From positions 608,001 to 672,000 of the forward strand of contig CAXXGI010000003.1 in assembly GCA_963674695.2 (NCBI GenBank): a stretch of DNA of 64,000 nucleotides, given 5' to 3'. The translations under genes were made by a program, and so were the position numbers. Below the pieces are notes generated by a model. The model saw only the letters and a program-made list of their open reading frames with translations. It was not told the DNA's origin and ran no database searches. Positions 12,504-22,296 of this stretch are shown here, piece after piece. The stretch is from a bacterium (GTDB lineage: Bacteria > UBA10199 > 2-02-FULL-44-16 > JAAZCA01). Position 1 is the first letter of the stretch. Each line of letters starts with the position of its first letter.

Positions 12504-13442
12504 CTAGCCCGCAATCGGCGCGAATGAGGTGACGAGCATGCCGGAGAGGTAGGAGAGGTTGAAATCGACGTAGGTTTGATCCAGCCCATGATCGTCCGGC
12601 AGCATGCTCAGCTCGAAGTATCCCCCAGCGGAGATCTCTGCCCTGCCCTCCACGAGCACCCCTTCGTTCCTGTGCAACGGTTCGAGCAGGGTCTGGCGCA
12701 GCTGATCTTGGTGGAGAAAGAGCGATTGGGCCCCCTTGATCAGGATGCCATCGATCGATTCCAGCGGAGCGGGAACAGCATCGTTCCACCGAGTAGACGG
12801 AATGCGAATATGTGGCGTCTCCATCGGCGTGAAAAATGTATTGAGATAAAGGGCACGTTGCGTGCGAGCATCGGGCGATAGGGAGAAGGTGAGCAGACCG
12901 TGATTTGGCTGCACGCGATAGCGCCCTGTCTGATAGAGCTGGAGCGCGCCAGGATGTCCCCAGAAGACGCGCGCACTGTGAAAGACCGCGTCTGGATAGA
13001 CCGCGCGCATACGTCCCAACAGCAGCGGAAGCATGCCACCCTCCATACCGCATCGGTTCAGGATATGCTGCGCGTGTTCAACATTCCCGAGTACCGGATC
13101 GAGCCCCCGCCGAGCTTCATAGAAAATCGGATGCTCTCGATCTGACTCCGGATGGTTGAGAAAGGGGTGTTTATCGATCAGCAGATAGGTATCGGCATTT
13201 GGAAAAACGGCGAGCGCGTCTGTCAATCCGTATGCGGACAGGGGATAAAGGACATGATTCGGTCCGCTGCTCGACGGATACAATGCATCGATGTGCTCGG
13301 CACAGTGCGAACGCAGAGCGTGAAGCCACTGACAATAGCCATCGGTGCCGGAATACGGCATGGAACGATCAACGAACGCTTCGGCGGGGAGATCAATGCG
13401 GGTCGTGCTGAAGGCGTCGATCAGGTGAAGGATTCGTTCCAT
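12504..13442 (-). CDS. Hypothetical protein
   Basis: Long ORF co-oriented with neighbours, AAGGGGG RBS before MERILHLID; no family confidently recognised. Confidence 0.6.
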   Translation of the reverse strand: MERILHLIDAFSTTRIDLPAEAFVDRSMPYSGTDGYCQWLHALRSHCAEHIDALYPSSSGPNHVLYPLSAYGLTDALAVFPNADTYLLIDKHPFLNHPESDREHPIFYEARRGLDPVLGNVEHAQHILNRCGMEGGMLPLLLGRMRAVYPDAVFHSARVFWGHPGALQLYQTGRYRVQPNHGLLTFSLSPDARTQRALYLNTFFTPMETPHIRIPSTRWNDAVPAPLESIDGILIKGAQSLFLHQDQLRQTLLEPLHRNEGVLVEGRAEISAGGYFELSMLPDDHGLDQTYVDFNLSYLSGMLVTSFAPIAG

Positions 13443-13502
13443 TCCCCCTTTTCGCCTCCGGCCCGAAAAAGTTGCGTCATTTTTAACGGGCAAGAAAGCT
13501 CT

Positions 13503-15497
13503 TTAGAGCCCCTGAATCGTATAGACCAGCGCCACATCGCGGGGCATGCGAGCTGCTTCGATGCGCTCGGCGACGATGCCCAAACCCTCGGGGGCTCGCC
13601 CGGGATAGGTGACCGTCAGCTCCACCGCAGCATCCGCGTTTCCGGTCGCGATGGCGCGGACGATCCCCGCGAGCAAGCGCTCCAGGACCGGCTGCATGCG
13701 CTCGCTGTTGATAGCGAAGCGATTGCCGCGCTCCTTGAGCGCCCCATGCCAGGCCAGCGCGGCCAATTCCAGGCGCGCGGCGCGCGCCACCGGATGATCC
13801 GGGCCAAAGCGCAGGTTTCGGAAGAGATTGGCGATCCAGGTGGCATAGAACCGCTCACGACCGGAACGCGTGAGGATCCCCTTCTGCTCCAAGTGAAAGG
13901 CGGTCCAGGCCGCCATGACATCGCGCTGCGCGGCGGCGAGCGTGCGGGTACGGGTGGCATCCACCTTGTCGTCGGCAGGCATGGTTGCCTGCGGCCCCAC
14001 GCCGAAGAGCAGCGCCTTGAGCGTGGACAAGAGCACGAAGGCCCGCTCATCGATGCGCGCCAGCTCCTTCGGGTCGAGGGCGATCTCGGCGATCTGCTTG
14101 AGCAGCGGCAGCTTCGCCCGATGATGGTTGGCCATGATCACGCGCTTCTGTCGCCCCTCTTTGGCAGCCTTGCCCACGTTCGGAAGCATCGTTGCCAGAT
14201 GCGGCCCTTCGTCGCCCGCCGAAAAACCGGTGGCGAGGACCACATCGATGATCGCCATCGGCGGATCAGCGACGATCGGACGAGCGGCATAGGCCCCGCC
14301 GGAGAGATTATTGGAAAGCGTCGTCTCGACCTCGAGACGCAATCCTTTGAGACCGTCGGCGAGTGCCTGCAGCTTGTCGTTTCGCACGCCGAGAATGAAT
14401 TCATAGAAGGCTTTCGTCGCATAGGGATCGCGATCGGTCTCATACGGGCCAATGATCACCTCGAGCGGAGCGCGCGCATCGATCCAGGCCTGGTCGCTGT
14501 CGATGAAGGGATCGTCCGAACCGGGCGCGGCAAGCGCCTTGGCCTGAAGCGCAAGCTGATGGGCAAGCGAGGGATCCATTCCCGGGATCAGCGCGATCTC
14601 CTCGAGCCGGCGCACGATCGGACGCAGAATGCGGGCAAACGGCGGATAGCCCCCGTAAGGAATCGCCATCAACGCTCCGGCCTCGCTTCGCTTGACGACG
14701 GTGAAGGGACTCATGAGCCCATTCATCGGATCGGAGGCGAGCTGGGCGAAGAGCGATGCGTCCATTCCTTCGGGCCACATGATCATGCCGATCATCGGAT
14801 CCGGGAAGAACGGCATCGCATTGGCGAAGGGAAACGCTCCCGTTCGGAACGAGGTTGGACCACCCACTCGCTTGAAGAAACGAATGGAGGGCAGATCTCC
14901 CTCTTCGATGAGCGTGCGTTCGAATTCGAGCGAGAGCGGATGATTTTGCAATTTGTAGAGATCGTCGATGAGAAATCCCACTTCGACGAGCGCACGAACG
15001 GCCTTCTGATTCGGCTCGTCGAGTTGCGACAGATCAAACCGCGTAAAGGCCTCGAGTTCCTCAGCCAGCGCCGCATCGATGGCCGCGCGCCGCTTCTGCT
15101 CAAGGCGTTCGCGAACGAGTTCGATGGCCCGATCGAGCGTCGCCGAACGACGCAGCGCCCCATGCTCCGGTTGATCGAACCGCTCGCGCTGCGCACTCGG
15201 AATGACGATCTCATTCGCCTCCAGATCGATGTCGCCCAGTTCGCCCCCATCGCGCACCCAGCGCAGATCGAAGAGCGTCCCCGCCGTCTCGTTGAAAGCG
15301 CGGCGATAGTTCTCCGTGGTGATCGCGGGTTCGGTCCAGGCAATCGCGCTCACGCCGGCCTTGGGTGACGTGGCCGTCGTCCCCGACGTCGCATTCGAGA
15401 CATCGCCCTGTGGAACAGGCGACGTGACACGCTTTCGGCATCCAACGGCGAATAGAAGGATAACGATGGATAAAAATGCGATCAGAGGGCGCTTCAT
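13503..15497 (-). CDS. Lipoprotein with peptidase M49 (DPP III)-like domain, catalytic motif degenerate
   Basis: Lipobox FAVGC; IIGPYETDRD, KAFYEFILG, MLPN, LRFG motifs; KALLFGVGP in place of HExxHGxGP. Confidence 0.7.
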   Translation of the reverse strand: MKRPLIAFLSIVILLFAVGCRKRVTSPVPQGDVSNATSGTTATSPKAGVSAIAWTEPAITTENYRRAFNETAGTLFDLRWVRDGGELGDIDLEANEIVIPSAQRERFDQPEHGALRRSATLDRAIELVRERLEQKRRAAIDAALAEELEAFTRFDLSQLDEPNQKAVRALVEVGFLIDDLYKLQNHPLSLEFERTLIEEGDLPSIRFFKRVGGPTSFRTGAFPFANAMPFFPDPMIGMIMWPEGMDASLFAQLASDPMNGLMSPFTVVKRSEAGALMAIPYGGYPPFARILRPIVRRLEEIALIPGMDPSLAHQLALQAKALAAPGSDDPFIDSDQAWIDARAPLEVIIGPYETDRDPYATKAFYEFILGVRNDKLQALADGLKGLRLEVETTLSNNLSGGAYAARPIVADPPMAIIDVVLATGFSAGDEGPHLATMLPNVGKAAKEGRQKRVIMANHHRAKLPLLKQIAEIALDPKELARIDERAFVLLSTLKALLFGVGPQATMPADDKVDATRTRTLAAAQRDVMAAWTAFHLEQKGILTRSGRERFYATWIANLFRNLRFGPDHPVARAARLELAALAWHGALKERGNRFAINSERMQPVLERLLAGIVRAIATGNADAAVELTVTYPGRAPEGLGIVAERIEAARMPRDVALVYTIQGL

Positions 15498-15509
15498 ATC
15501 GGGGACTCC

Positions 15510-16614
15510 TTAGGAGGTCGCACTCATCAACAGGAGGTACGAACGAATAAAATCGTCGAGGTCGCCGTCGAGGACGGCGTCGACATTTCCCTTTTCGACA
15601 TCGGTGCGATGATCCTTGATCATGCGGTAGGGTTGCAGGACATACGAGCGAATCTGCGAACCCCATTCGATCTTCTTCTTGTCCTTCGTGAGTTTGTCCT
15701 GTTCGGCCTGCTTCTTCTCCAGCTCCAGCTCATAGAGCTTCGCGCGCAACAGGCGCATGGCCGTCTCTTTGTTCTGATGTTGGCTGCGCTCGCTCTGGCA
15801 AGCAACGACCGAATTGGTCGGAAGGTGGGTGAGCCGCACGGCGGAATCAGTCTTGTTGACGTGCTGTCCGCCCGCACCGCCCGCGCGATAGGTATCGACG
15901 CGAAGATCTTCGGGGCGAATCTCGATCTCGATGTCATCCTCGATCTCCGGCAGGACGAAGACCGAGGTAAAGGAGGTATGCCGACGCTTGGCGGCATCGA
16001 ACGGCGAAATCCGCACGAGCCGATGCACGCCGTTTTCCGCTTTGAGATACCCGTAGGCATAGGGTCCGCTGACCGTAAGGGTCACGCTGCGAAACCCCGC
16101 GCCGTCGCCCGCGGTGAAATCGACGACCTCGTTCTTATACCCTTTGGCATCGGCCCATCGGCGATACATGCGCAGCAGGATCTCGGCCCAATCGCAGGCC
16201 TCGGTACCGCCGGCACCGGCGTTGATGAAGAGAATGGCGTTGGACTCATCCTGTTCGCCCGAGAGCATGCGCTTGAATTCCATGTCGTCGAGGACGCGCT
16301 CGACTCCGGCCAGCGCCTCCACCGCCTCGACCATGAACTCCTGAGCATCATCTTCCTCAGCCAGATCGAGCGTCGCTTCAACATCGCTGAGCGCACGCTG
16401 CTGCACGTCGACGGACTCGAGCAACTGCTTGAGCTCCTCGCGTTCACGGGTGAGCTTCGTGGCGGCCTGGGAGTCGTTCCAGAATTCGGGTTGGCCGGAG
16501 ATGGCGTCTATTTCAGCGATGCGTTTCCGCTTTTCATCACAGTCAAAGATGCCCCCGGATGTCGTGGAGCTTTTGCTGTAGCGCTTCAAACTTCTCCTTC
16601 AATTCTTTGCTCAT
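15510..16614 (-). CDS. prfB: Peptide chain release factor 2 with programmed +1 frameshift
   Basis: MSKELKEKFEALQQKLHDIRGHL, then CTT TGA C at 16548-16542; SPF and GGQ motifs in the second frame. Confidence 0.97.
16542..16557 (-). promoter_or_regulatory. prfB frameshift site (internal SD-like CGGGGG, CAT, CTT TGA C)
   Basis: Matches the canonical RF2 autoregulatory slippery site at codon 23. Confidence 0.95.
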
Positions 16615-16636
16615 GTTGGGTCTCCGTGTTTCGACA

Positions 16637-16732
16637 ATTCCCTCCCCTTTGTAAGGGGAGGGTTAGGGTGGGGTAGATCGCGGAAGTTCCATGATCTACC
16701 TCCCCTAGCCCCTCCTTACAAAGGAGGGGAAT
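16637..16732. repeat. Palindromic intergenic element (CCCTCCCCTTTGTAAGGGGAGGG...CCCCTCCTTACAAAGGAGGGG type); supplies the lnt stop codon
   Basis: Two inverted hairpin modules; lnt ends KYSPPL* inside the element. Confidence 0.8.
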
Positions 16733-18293
16733 ATTTGAAGCGCCGCCATAACACAACGATCAGGCCCAGCGCAACATAGGCGGCGCAGGCGATGGCGAAC
16801 CAATCGCCCGTTTGGGCATAGACCGACAACCCCTCCATGAGTGGAACGGCTGCGACGATGACCGATGGCTCGAAGATGCCGGATTCGACGACCATCGCGC
16901 CCGTCGGCGTGATCACCGCGGAAACGCCCGTGTTGGTCGCGCGGACGAGAGAGCGCCTGCTCTCCACCGCGCGGAAGGCCGATATCGCCAGGTGTTGAAA
17001 CGGCGCGGAACTGTGGCCATACCAGGCATCGTTCGTGAGATTCACCAGGAGATTGGCGCCGCGCCGGGTCTGCTCGGCGGCGATCTCCGGGAAGACATCC
17101 TCATAGCAGATGAGAATCCCCAACTTTGCCGCGCCGGCAATGATCGGATCGAAACTCTGGCCGGGCAGAAAGTTCCCGATGGGTTCTGTGAGCTTCGAGG
17201 CGAAGAAGAGCAGTTTCTTGTAGGGCACATACTCGCCGAACGGAACGAGGTGCGCCTTATGGTAGAGCCCCATGCGCATGCCCTGAGCATCGTAGAGCAG
17301 AGCGCTGTTGTGAAAGTTCCCATCCGCGCGTTCGATGATTCCGCCCAAGAGCGTGTAGGGCGCCGGGCCGAAGTGTTCGTCGAAGAGGCCGATCACTTTG
17401 GCGTCGACCTGAAGCTCCCGCTCGGAGATCGTCCAGGGGATCGCTGATTCCGGCCAAATGATGAGATCGATCGGCGTGCGCTCGAGCTTGTGTGCCATCA
17501 TCCGATGCGCGTCGAGATTTGCCACGGCCCGATCCTGCGCCCACTTCTCATCCTGCGGGATGTTGGCCTGGATCATGCCGATTTGAATCGTCGGGGCTGC
17601 GTCCACGATCTTGGGCACCGTGTGCAGACACACGATTCCATAGATGAGTGTGGAGCCGATGAGGAGAATCGTGACGACGATCTTTGCCGGAAGGAAGGTG
17701 ACGCGCTCGCCGGAGAGCCGTGCGATGATATCAGCAATGAAGGCGTTCATCCAGACGACGAGAAAGGTCACCCCATAGATGCCGACCAGATCTGCAATCT
17801 GAATGGCCGGCAAAAAACGCCACTGCGACATGGCGATATTGCCCCAAGGAAATCCATTTGCAGGACCAAGGTTTCGCATCAGCTCAAGTGCAGTCCACGA
17901 GACCGCGATCCAGACGATGAACTCCCCGCGCCAACGCAGCTGGATGAGGCGTGCCAGCAGAGGTGCGAGCGCCATGATGGCCGCTTGGATGACGATAAGC
18001 AGGACGAGCACGGCGACGCTGATGCCGGGCGAGAGATGGCCGAAGTGATGGATGGCCCCATAGAGCCAGAAGAGCGAGACGCTGAAGCAGACAAGCCCCC
18101 AGAGAAACGCGAGCAAAAATGCACGCCGCGGTCCGACGGATCGAATGACAAAAAAGAGCGGCACCAGCGCCACCCACCCGAGCCACCCCAGCGCTGGAAA
18201 AGCCACGCCCGCGATCATCGTCGGAAACGAGAACGCGACGAGAACGCCGGAGAGGACGGCGAGTGCGATTTGGATAATGGGTTTCATGGTCAT
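16716..18293 (-). CDS. lnt: Apolipoprotein N-acyltransferase
   Basis: GFPW, QANI, IWPESA, KAHLVPFGEYVP, ICYEDVFP, TNDAWYG, RATNTGVSA. The ORF-track N-terminal extension is REP-derived. Confidence 0.96.
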   Translation of the reverse strand: MTMKPIIQIALAVLSGVLVAFSFPTMIAGVAFPALGWLGWVALVPLFFVIRSVGPRRAFLLAFLWGLVCFSVSLFWLYGAIHHFGHLSPGISVAVLVLLIVIQAAIMALAPLLARLIQLRWRGEFIVWIAVSWTALELMRNLGPANGFPWGNIAMSQWRFLPAIQIADLVGIYGVTFLVVWMNAFIADIIARLSGERVTFLPAKIVVTILLIGSTLIYGIVCLHTVPKIVDAAPTIQIGMIQANIPQDEKWAQDRAVANLDAHRMMAHKLERTPIDLIIWPESAIPWTISERELQVDAKVIGLFDEHFGPAPYTLLGGIIERADGNFHNSALLYDAQGMRMGLYHKAHLVPFGEYVPYKKLLFFASKLTEPIGNFLPGQSFDPIIAGAAKLGILICYEDVFPEIAAEQTRRGANLLVNLTNDAWYGHSSAPFQHLAISAFRAVESRRSLVRATNTGVSAVITPTGAMVVESGIFEPSVIVAAVPLMEGLSVYAQTGDWFAIACAAYVALGLIVVLWRRFKYSPPL

Positions 18294-18310
18294 AACGTGC
18301 CCCTCTTGAT

Positions 18311-18488
18311 TGTCATTCCCGCGCAGGCGGGAATCTCGCTTGAAGGCACAAATCGAGATCCCCGCTTTCGCGGGGATGACACCCCTTGGATTGTCATTCC
18401 CGCGTGCTTGAGGCGGGAATCCAGCCAAATGCTTTTGTTGTACGACTTTCCAAGACTGGATCCCCGACTACACCACTCGGGGATGACA
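18311..18488. repeat. REP-like cluster GTCATTCCCGCG..GCGGGAATC / GATCCCCG..CGGGGATGAC (two doublets)
   Basis: Same motif recurs at about 9 intergenic sites in the window. Confidence 0.9.
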
Positions 18489-18492
18489 ATCA

Positions 18493-18951
18493 TCACAACA
18501 CCCGCATCATGCCTTCGAACTCCAGTCGCCGCATGTCGCACCAGTCGCGCCAGGTTTCATCCCCCTGCCCTCCCACGTGCAACAGGCCGTGGAGCATGAG
18601 GAGAAGGAGTTCCTGATCGAGCGGAACCCGACGCTGGCGTGCCTGACGCCGTGCCGTCTGCACCGAGATGACGATATCTGCAATTGGATTGCAATCGGCG
18701 CCATAGACGAATGCCAATACATCGGTGGCGTGCGCTCGCCCTCGATAGCGACCGGAAAGCTCCGCAATGGTCCGGTCGTCGGTGAAGAGGATGTCGACGT
18801 GACGTCTTCGCGGACGAGGAACGATGCGCTCGATCACACGCCGCAGACGAGCCAGGTCATCGCTCTTTGACAGTCGGCTCGTCGTCAACCGAATCTTCGC
18901 GGACGGAATTTTCGTCGATGACGCTGATCTCCGGCTCTTTGTCATGTTCAC
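18493..18951 (-). CDS. ybeY: rRNA maturation RNase YbeY (true start probably downstream of 18951)
   Basis: YRG..ATDVLAF, ADIVISV..ARRQA, LHGLLHVGG; phoH-HD-ybeY-lnt context. Confidence 0.88.
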   Translation of the reverse strand: MNMTKSRRSASSTKIPSAKIRLTTSRLSKSDDLARLRRVIERIVPRPRRRHVDILFTDDRTIAELSGRYRGRAHATDVLAFVYGADCNPIADIVISVQTARRQARQRRVPLDQELLLLMLHGLLHVGGQGDETWRDWCDMRRLEFEGMMRVL

Positions 18952-21289
18952 TGTCCTTCGGATATTCGATGCGCTGGTGATAGATGCCGAGCAGAATGCG
19001 CGTAAAGGATCGCGCGATATCGTTCAAATCGCGCAGCGTCAGATCGCATTGGTCGAGCTGCGATTCGGCAAAGATGTCGTTGATCCCCCGCTGAACCGTC
19101 TGTTGAATACGCGTGCTCGATTTTTCCTTGAGCGCGCGCACCGAGGCTTCCACCGTGTCGGCCAGCATAAGGATGGCCGCTTCGCGCGTCTGCGGCTTGG
19201 GGCCCGGATAGCAAAACTCCTTTTCGTCTATCTTTTGGAGGTCCGGATCCTCATTCCCCTTCGCTTTCTCATAAAAGAACTTCATCATGCGTGTACCGTG
19301 ATGCTGCGGAATCATGTCGGTGATCACCTTAGGCAAACCCGCCGACTGCGCCATCTCGATCCCATCCTTGACGTGCGCGGCGATAATGAGTGCCGACATA
19401 TGTGCGGAGAGTCGCTCGTGCCGGTTATCGCCCCCCTTGATGTTCTCGACGAAGTACTGCGGCTTCTTCATCTTGCCGATGTCATGGTAATAGGCGCCCA
19501 CACGGACCAACAGCGGATTGGCGCCGATGGATTCAGCGGCAGCCTCACCGAGAACGCCCACGAGATGGGAATGATGATAGGAGCCCGGAGCCCGCACGAT
19601 CAACTCGCGCAGCAGCGGATGGTTCAAGTTGGCCAGCTCCAGGAGTTTGATATCAGACGTGTAGCCGGAGACCGACTCGACGATCGGTGCAGCGATCATC
19701 GTGAAGATAGCCGCTCCAATTCCCGCCAAGAGCGCGCAGAACATCGCGACGATGGTATTCTGCACCGTCACATCGGAAGCGACGGTGGCGACCGCGAAGA
19801 GTTGAACGGCCAACACCGTCAACGCCGCGATGCACCCCGTGATGACGCCGGCTCGAATGATCGCCGTGCGCCGATCGGCATTGGAGATCGAGACGATCGC
19901 CGCGAAATTGACGATGAGCGCATACGCCACAAACGAGACGTTCGACTCGACGAGCATGCCGGAGAGCGCGCTGATGGAAACCGCAAAGACCAGCGTAATT
20001 TCAGCGCCGAGGAAAAGGCGCAGCAGCATCGTGCCGCCCGCAACCGGAAGGAGATAGGCTAAAAGACTCGTGGGCATGTCGAGCATGAAGGCTTCCTGGA
20101 CCCCCGGCAGGAGGATCAGAGAAAGGCGCATGATCAGCAGCAACGCCAGGCCCACCAGTGACATCAGGTAATGATCATTGCGATTCGGACGCACACGGTG
20201 AAAGAAACGTTCTCCCACATAAAATGGCACGACGAGCACGAGCAGCACGAGCATGAACGTGCCGGAAAACTGAACGGCATAGCTGGTGCGTCGCCGCTCC
20301 TTTCGGATGCCGGACAGAATCTTGATGTGACGCGGCTGATAGCGATCGCCGTCGCGGATGATCATCTCTCCGGCCTTGATCTTGATGATGACATCCTTGA
20401 GATTGCTCGATGCCGCCTCCTGGCGTTTTTCAAATTCGGTTCGGTTGAGCGTGCAGTTAGGCTCGACCAGCTGCGCGGCGATGTTCTTGATCACCTTGGC
20501 CGTCTCCGGCGCGCGCAAGCCCGTCGTCGAAATCGCCTCATCCTGGATCTTTTTGCGCAGTTGTTCGGTGGAGAGAATCAGATTCACATCGGCGAGGTGC
20601 TCTTCAACCGGTTGGACCTCCGTGCTTTCCTGTCCCGTGATGCGCCGAACGACGATACCGCGCTCCTTCTCGGCATCGAGTGCGGCGCGCTCGGCCACAA
20701 CCGGACGCTTCATCGCCCTGGTGAGCGTCTCGATCAGCCGATCCTGAACCACGCGCCCAAAGCGCTCTTTGACGAGCAGGTTCCACTGCGTGGGCGTCGG
20801 CGTGATGCCCAGTTTCTCGCTGAAGATCTGCTTGATCTCGGCGGATTCATCCTTCGAGAGGGGGTCGCGACGTCCGAGTCTTCCCTTTCCCCTCGCGCGC
20901 TCCGCATAAATGTCACTATACCGATCGCGTGCGGCTGAGAACGCATCATGCACGCGCGCCGCAATGCCGTCCACGACGCGAACGTCGAAATCGTAGACCG
21001 GCAGCACCTCCATGCGCGCTTCATCTCGAAACTTCTGCGTCGACCCCTCATCGATGATCTCGTAGTTTCGATTCGATTTCACATCGCGCGAGGCAATCAT
21101 GCCTTCTTGCAGCACGGTCGGGATCTGGTCGATGGAGACGGTGAGGATGAGCGTCACCGTCACGGACAACGCGACGAGCATGATCCAGGAGAATGCGGCC
21201 GAATGAAAGAAACGCGGAAAGCTCTCGAAGTCGCTGCGTTTGATTCGTCCGAAGAAATCGCGAAAGCGTTTGATGGCTCGATCAGGCAT
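18857..21289 (-). CDS. 7TM-HDED/7TM/HD phosphohydrolase (PgpH-like)
   Basis: Extracellular domain, 7 TM, APGSYHHS, AYYHDIGK, QHHGT, YPGPKPQTREAAILMLADTVEAS. Confidence 0.92.
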   Translation of the reverse strand: MPDRAIKRFRDFFGRIKRSDFESFPRFFHSAAFSWIMLVALSVTVTLILTVSIDQIPTVLQEGMIASRDVKSNRNYEIIDEGSTQKFRDEARMEVLPVYDFDVRVVDGIAARVHDAFSAARDRYSDIYAERARGKGRLGRRDPLSKDESAEIKQIFSEKLGITPTPTQWNLLVKERFGRVVQDRLIETLTRAMKRPVVAERAALDAEKERGIVVRRITGQESTEVQPVEEHLADVNLILSTEQLRKKIQDEAISTTGLRAPETAKVIKNIAAQLVEPNCTLNRTEFEKRQEAASSNLKDVIIKIKAGEMIIRDGDRYQPRHIKILSGIRKERRRTSYAVQFSGTFMLVLLVLVVPFYVGERFFHRVRPNRNDHYLMSLVGLALLLIMRLSLILLPGVQEAFMLDMPTSLLAYLLPVAGGTMLLRLFLGAEITLVFAVSISALSGMLVESNVSFVAYALIVNFAAIVSISNADRRTAIIRAGVITGCIAALTVLAVQLFAVATVASDVTVQNTIVAMFCALLAGIGAAIFTMIAAPIVESVSGYTSDIKLLELANLNHPLLRELIVRAPGSYHHSHLVGVLGEAAAESIGANPLLVRVGAYYHDIGKMKKPQYFVENIKGGDNRHERLSAHMSALIIAAHVKDGIEMAQSAGLPKVITDMIPQHHGTRMMKFFYEKAKGNEDPDLQKIDEKEFCYPGPKPQTREAAILMLADTVEASVRALKEKSSTRIQQTVQRGINDIFAESQLDQCDLTLRDLNDIARSFTRILLGIYHQRIEYPKDSEHDKEPEISVIDENSVREDSVDDEPTVKER

Positions 21290-22265
21290 GATGCTCCTCT
21301 TCGCGCTCAAAGGCGCGTACGATATCCCCCACCAGCGGGTGGCGCACAACATCGCCGTCGTCAAAACGGTGAAAGGCAATCCCCTTTGTTCCTTCGAGAA
21401 TACGCCAGGATTCCAGCAATCCTGAGCGCTGTTCGGCGGGAAGATCGATCTGCGTAACATCCCCCGTGATGACCATGCGCGAATTCACCCCGAGACGCGT
21501 GAGACACATCTTCATCTGTTGATAGCTACAATTCTGGGCCTCGTCGACGATGACGAACGAACGATGCAACGTGCGACCCCGCATGAAGGCCAGCGGCGCA
21601 ATTTCGATGATATCGTCAGCGATGAGTTCTTCGACGCGCTCGACCTCGAGCATGTCGTAGAGGGCGTCATAGAGCGGGCGCAGGTAGGGGTTCACCTTGG
21701 CCTGCATATCGCCCGGAAGAAAGCCGAGTTTCTCGCCCGCCTCGACCGCAGGGCGCGCCAAGACGATGCGCTCGTACTCGCGTTTCATGAGCGCGGCCAC
21801 TGCCATGGCGACGGCCAGATAACTCTTTCCCGTTCCGGCCGGACCGATGGAGAAGACAATATCATGGTTGCGCATCCCCTCGATGTAGCGGCGCTGATTG
21901 GGCGAACGCGGAACGATGACGCGACGCCTGGCCGGCACGACGATGGCGTCGGAAAAGAGCGATTCCAGATCGGCGTCGCCATCGCGCGAAAGCAAGCGGA
22001 TGGCCTGTTCGATATCGCTGCCGAGGATCGGATACCCCTTCTTGAGGAGTTTATAGAGCTGATTCAGAATGCGCTCGCCGACGCCAACTTCATGTTCAGA
22101 CCCGGAGAGTTTCAGATCCGCACCACGGACATGGATCTCGATGCCCAAACTCGCTTCGATCGAGTGGAGATGAATATCCTCAGCGCCGAAGAGATCGCGC
22201 GCGAGCGCGTTGTCCTCGAACCGCAAACTGACGACCTTTGGCGATGTCTTCTTTTTTCGTGTCAT
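21282..22265 (-). CDS. phoH: PhoH-like ATPase (YbeZ)
   Basis: GPAGTGKSYLA, RPAVEAGEKLGFLPG, APLAFMRGRTL, DEAQN, GDVTQIDL. Confidence 0.95.
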   Translation of the reverse strand: MTRKKKTSPKVVSLRFEDNALARDLFGAEDIHLHSIEASLGIEIHVRGADLKLSGSEHEVGVGERILNQLYKLLKKGYPILGSDIEQAIRLLSRDGDADLESLFSDAIVVPARRRVIVPRSPNQRRYIEGMRNHDIVFSIGPAGTGKSYLAVAMAVAALMKREYERIVLARPAVEAGEKLGFLPGDMQAKVNPYLRPLYDALYDMLEVERVEELIADDIIEIAPLAFMRGRTLHRSFVIVDEAQNCSYQQMKMCLTRLGVNSRMVITGDVTQIDLPAEQRSGLLESWRILEGTKGIAFHRFDDGDVVRHPLVGDIVRAFEREEEHHA

Positions 22266-22296
22266 CGTGAGTATCGCTGTTTCGCCCCTCGGCCCT

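Noticed and set aside
13152-15368. Long antisense ORFs (also 164-1540, 24854-26206, 35653-37374, 40235-41677, 51437-53089)
   Set aside because: Shadow frames opposite well-supported genes, expected in high-GC DNA; no motifs
16546-16589. prfB start at 16589 (MKRYSK...)
   Set aside because: Artefact of the programmed frameshift; the true start is 16614
18294-18428. N-terminal extensions of lnt, HAD, leuS, GT2, rsmE and MerR in the ORF track
   Set aside because: They translate REP-like repeats (VIPAKAGIS-type peptides); better starts lie downstream
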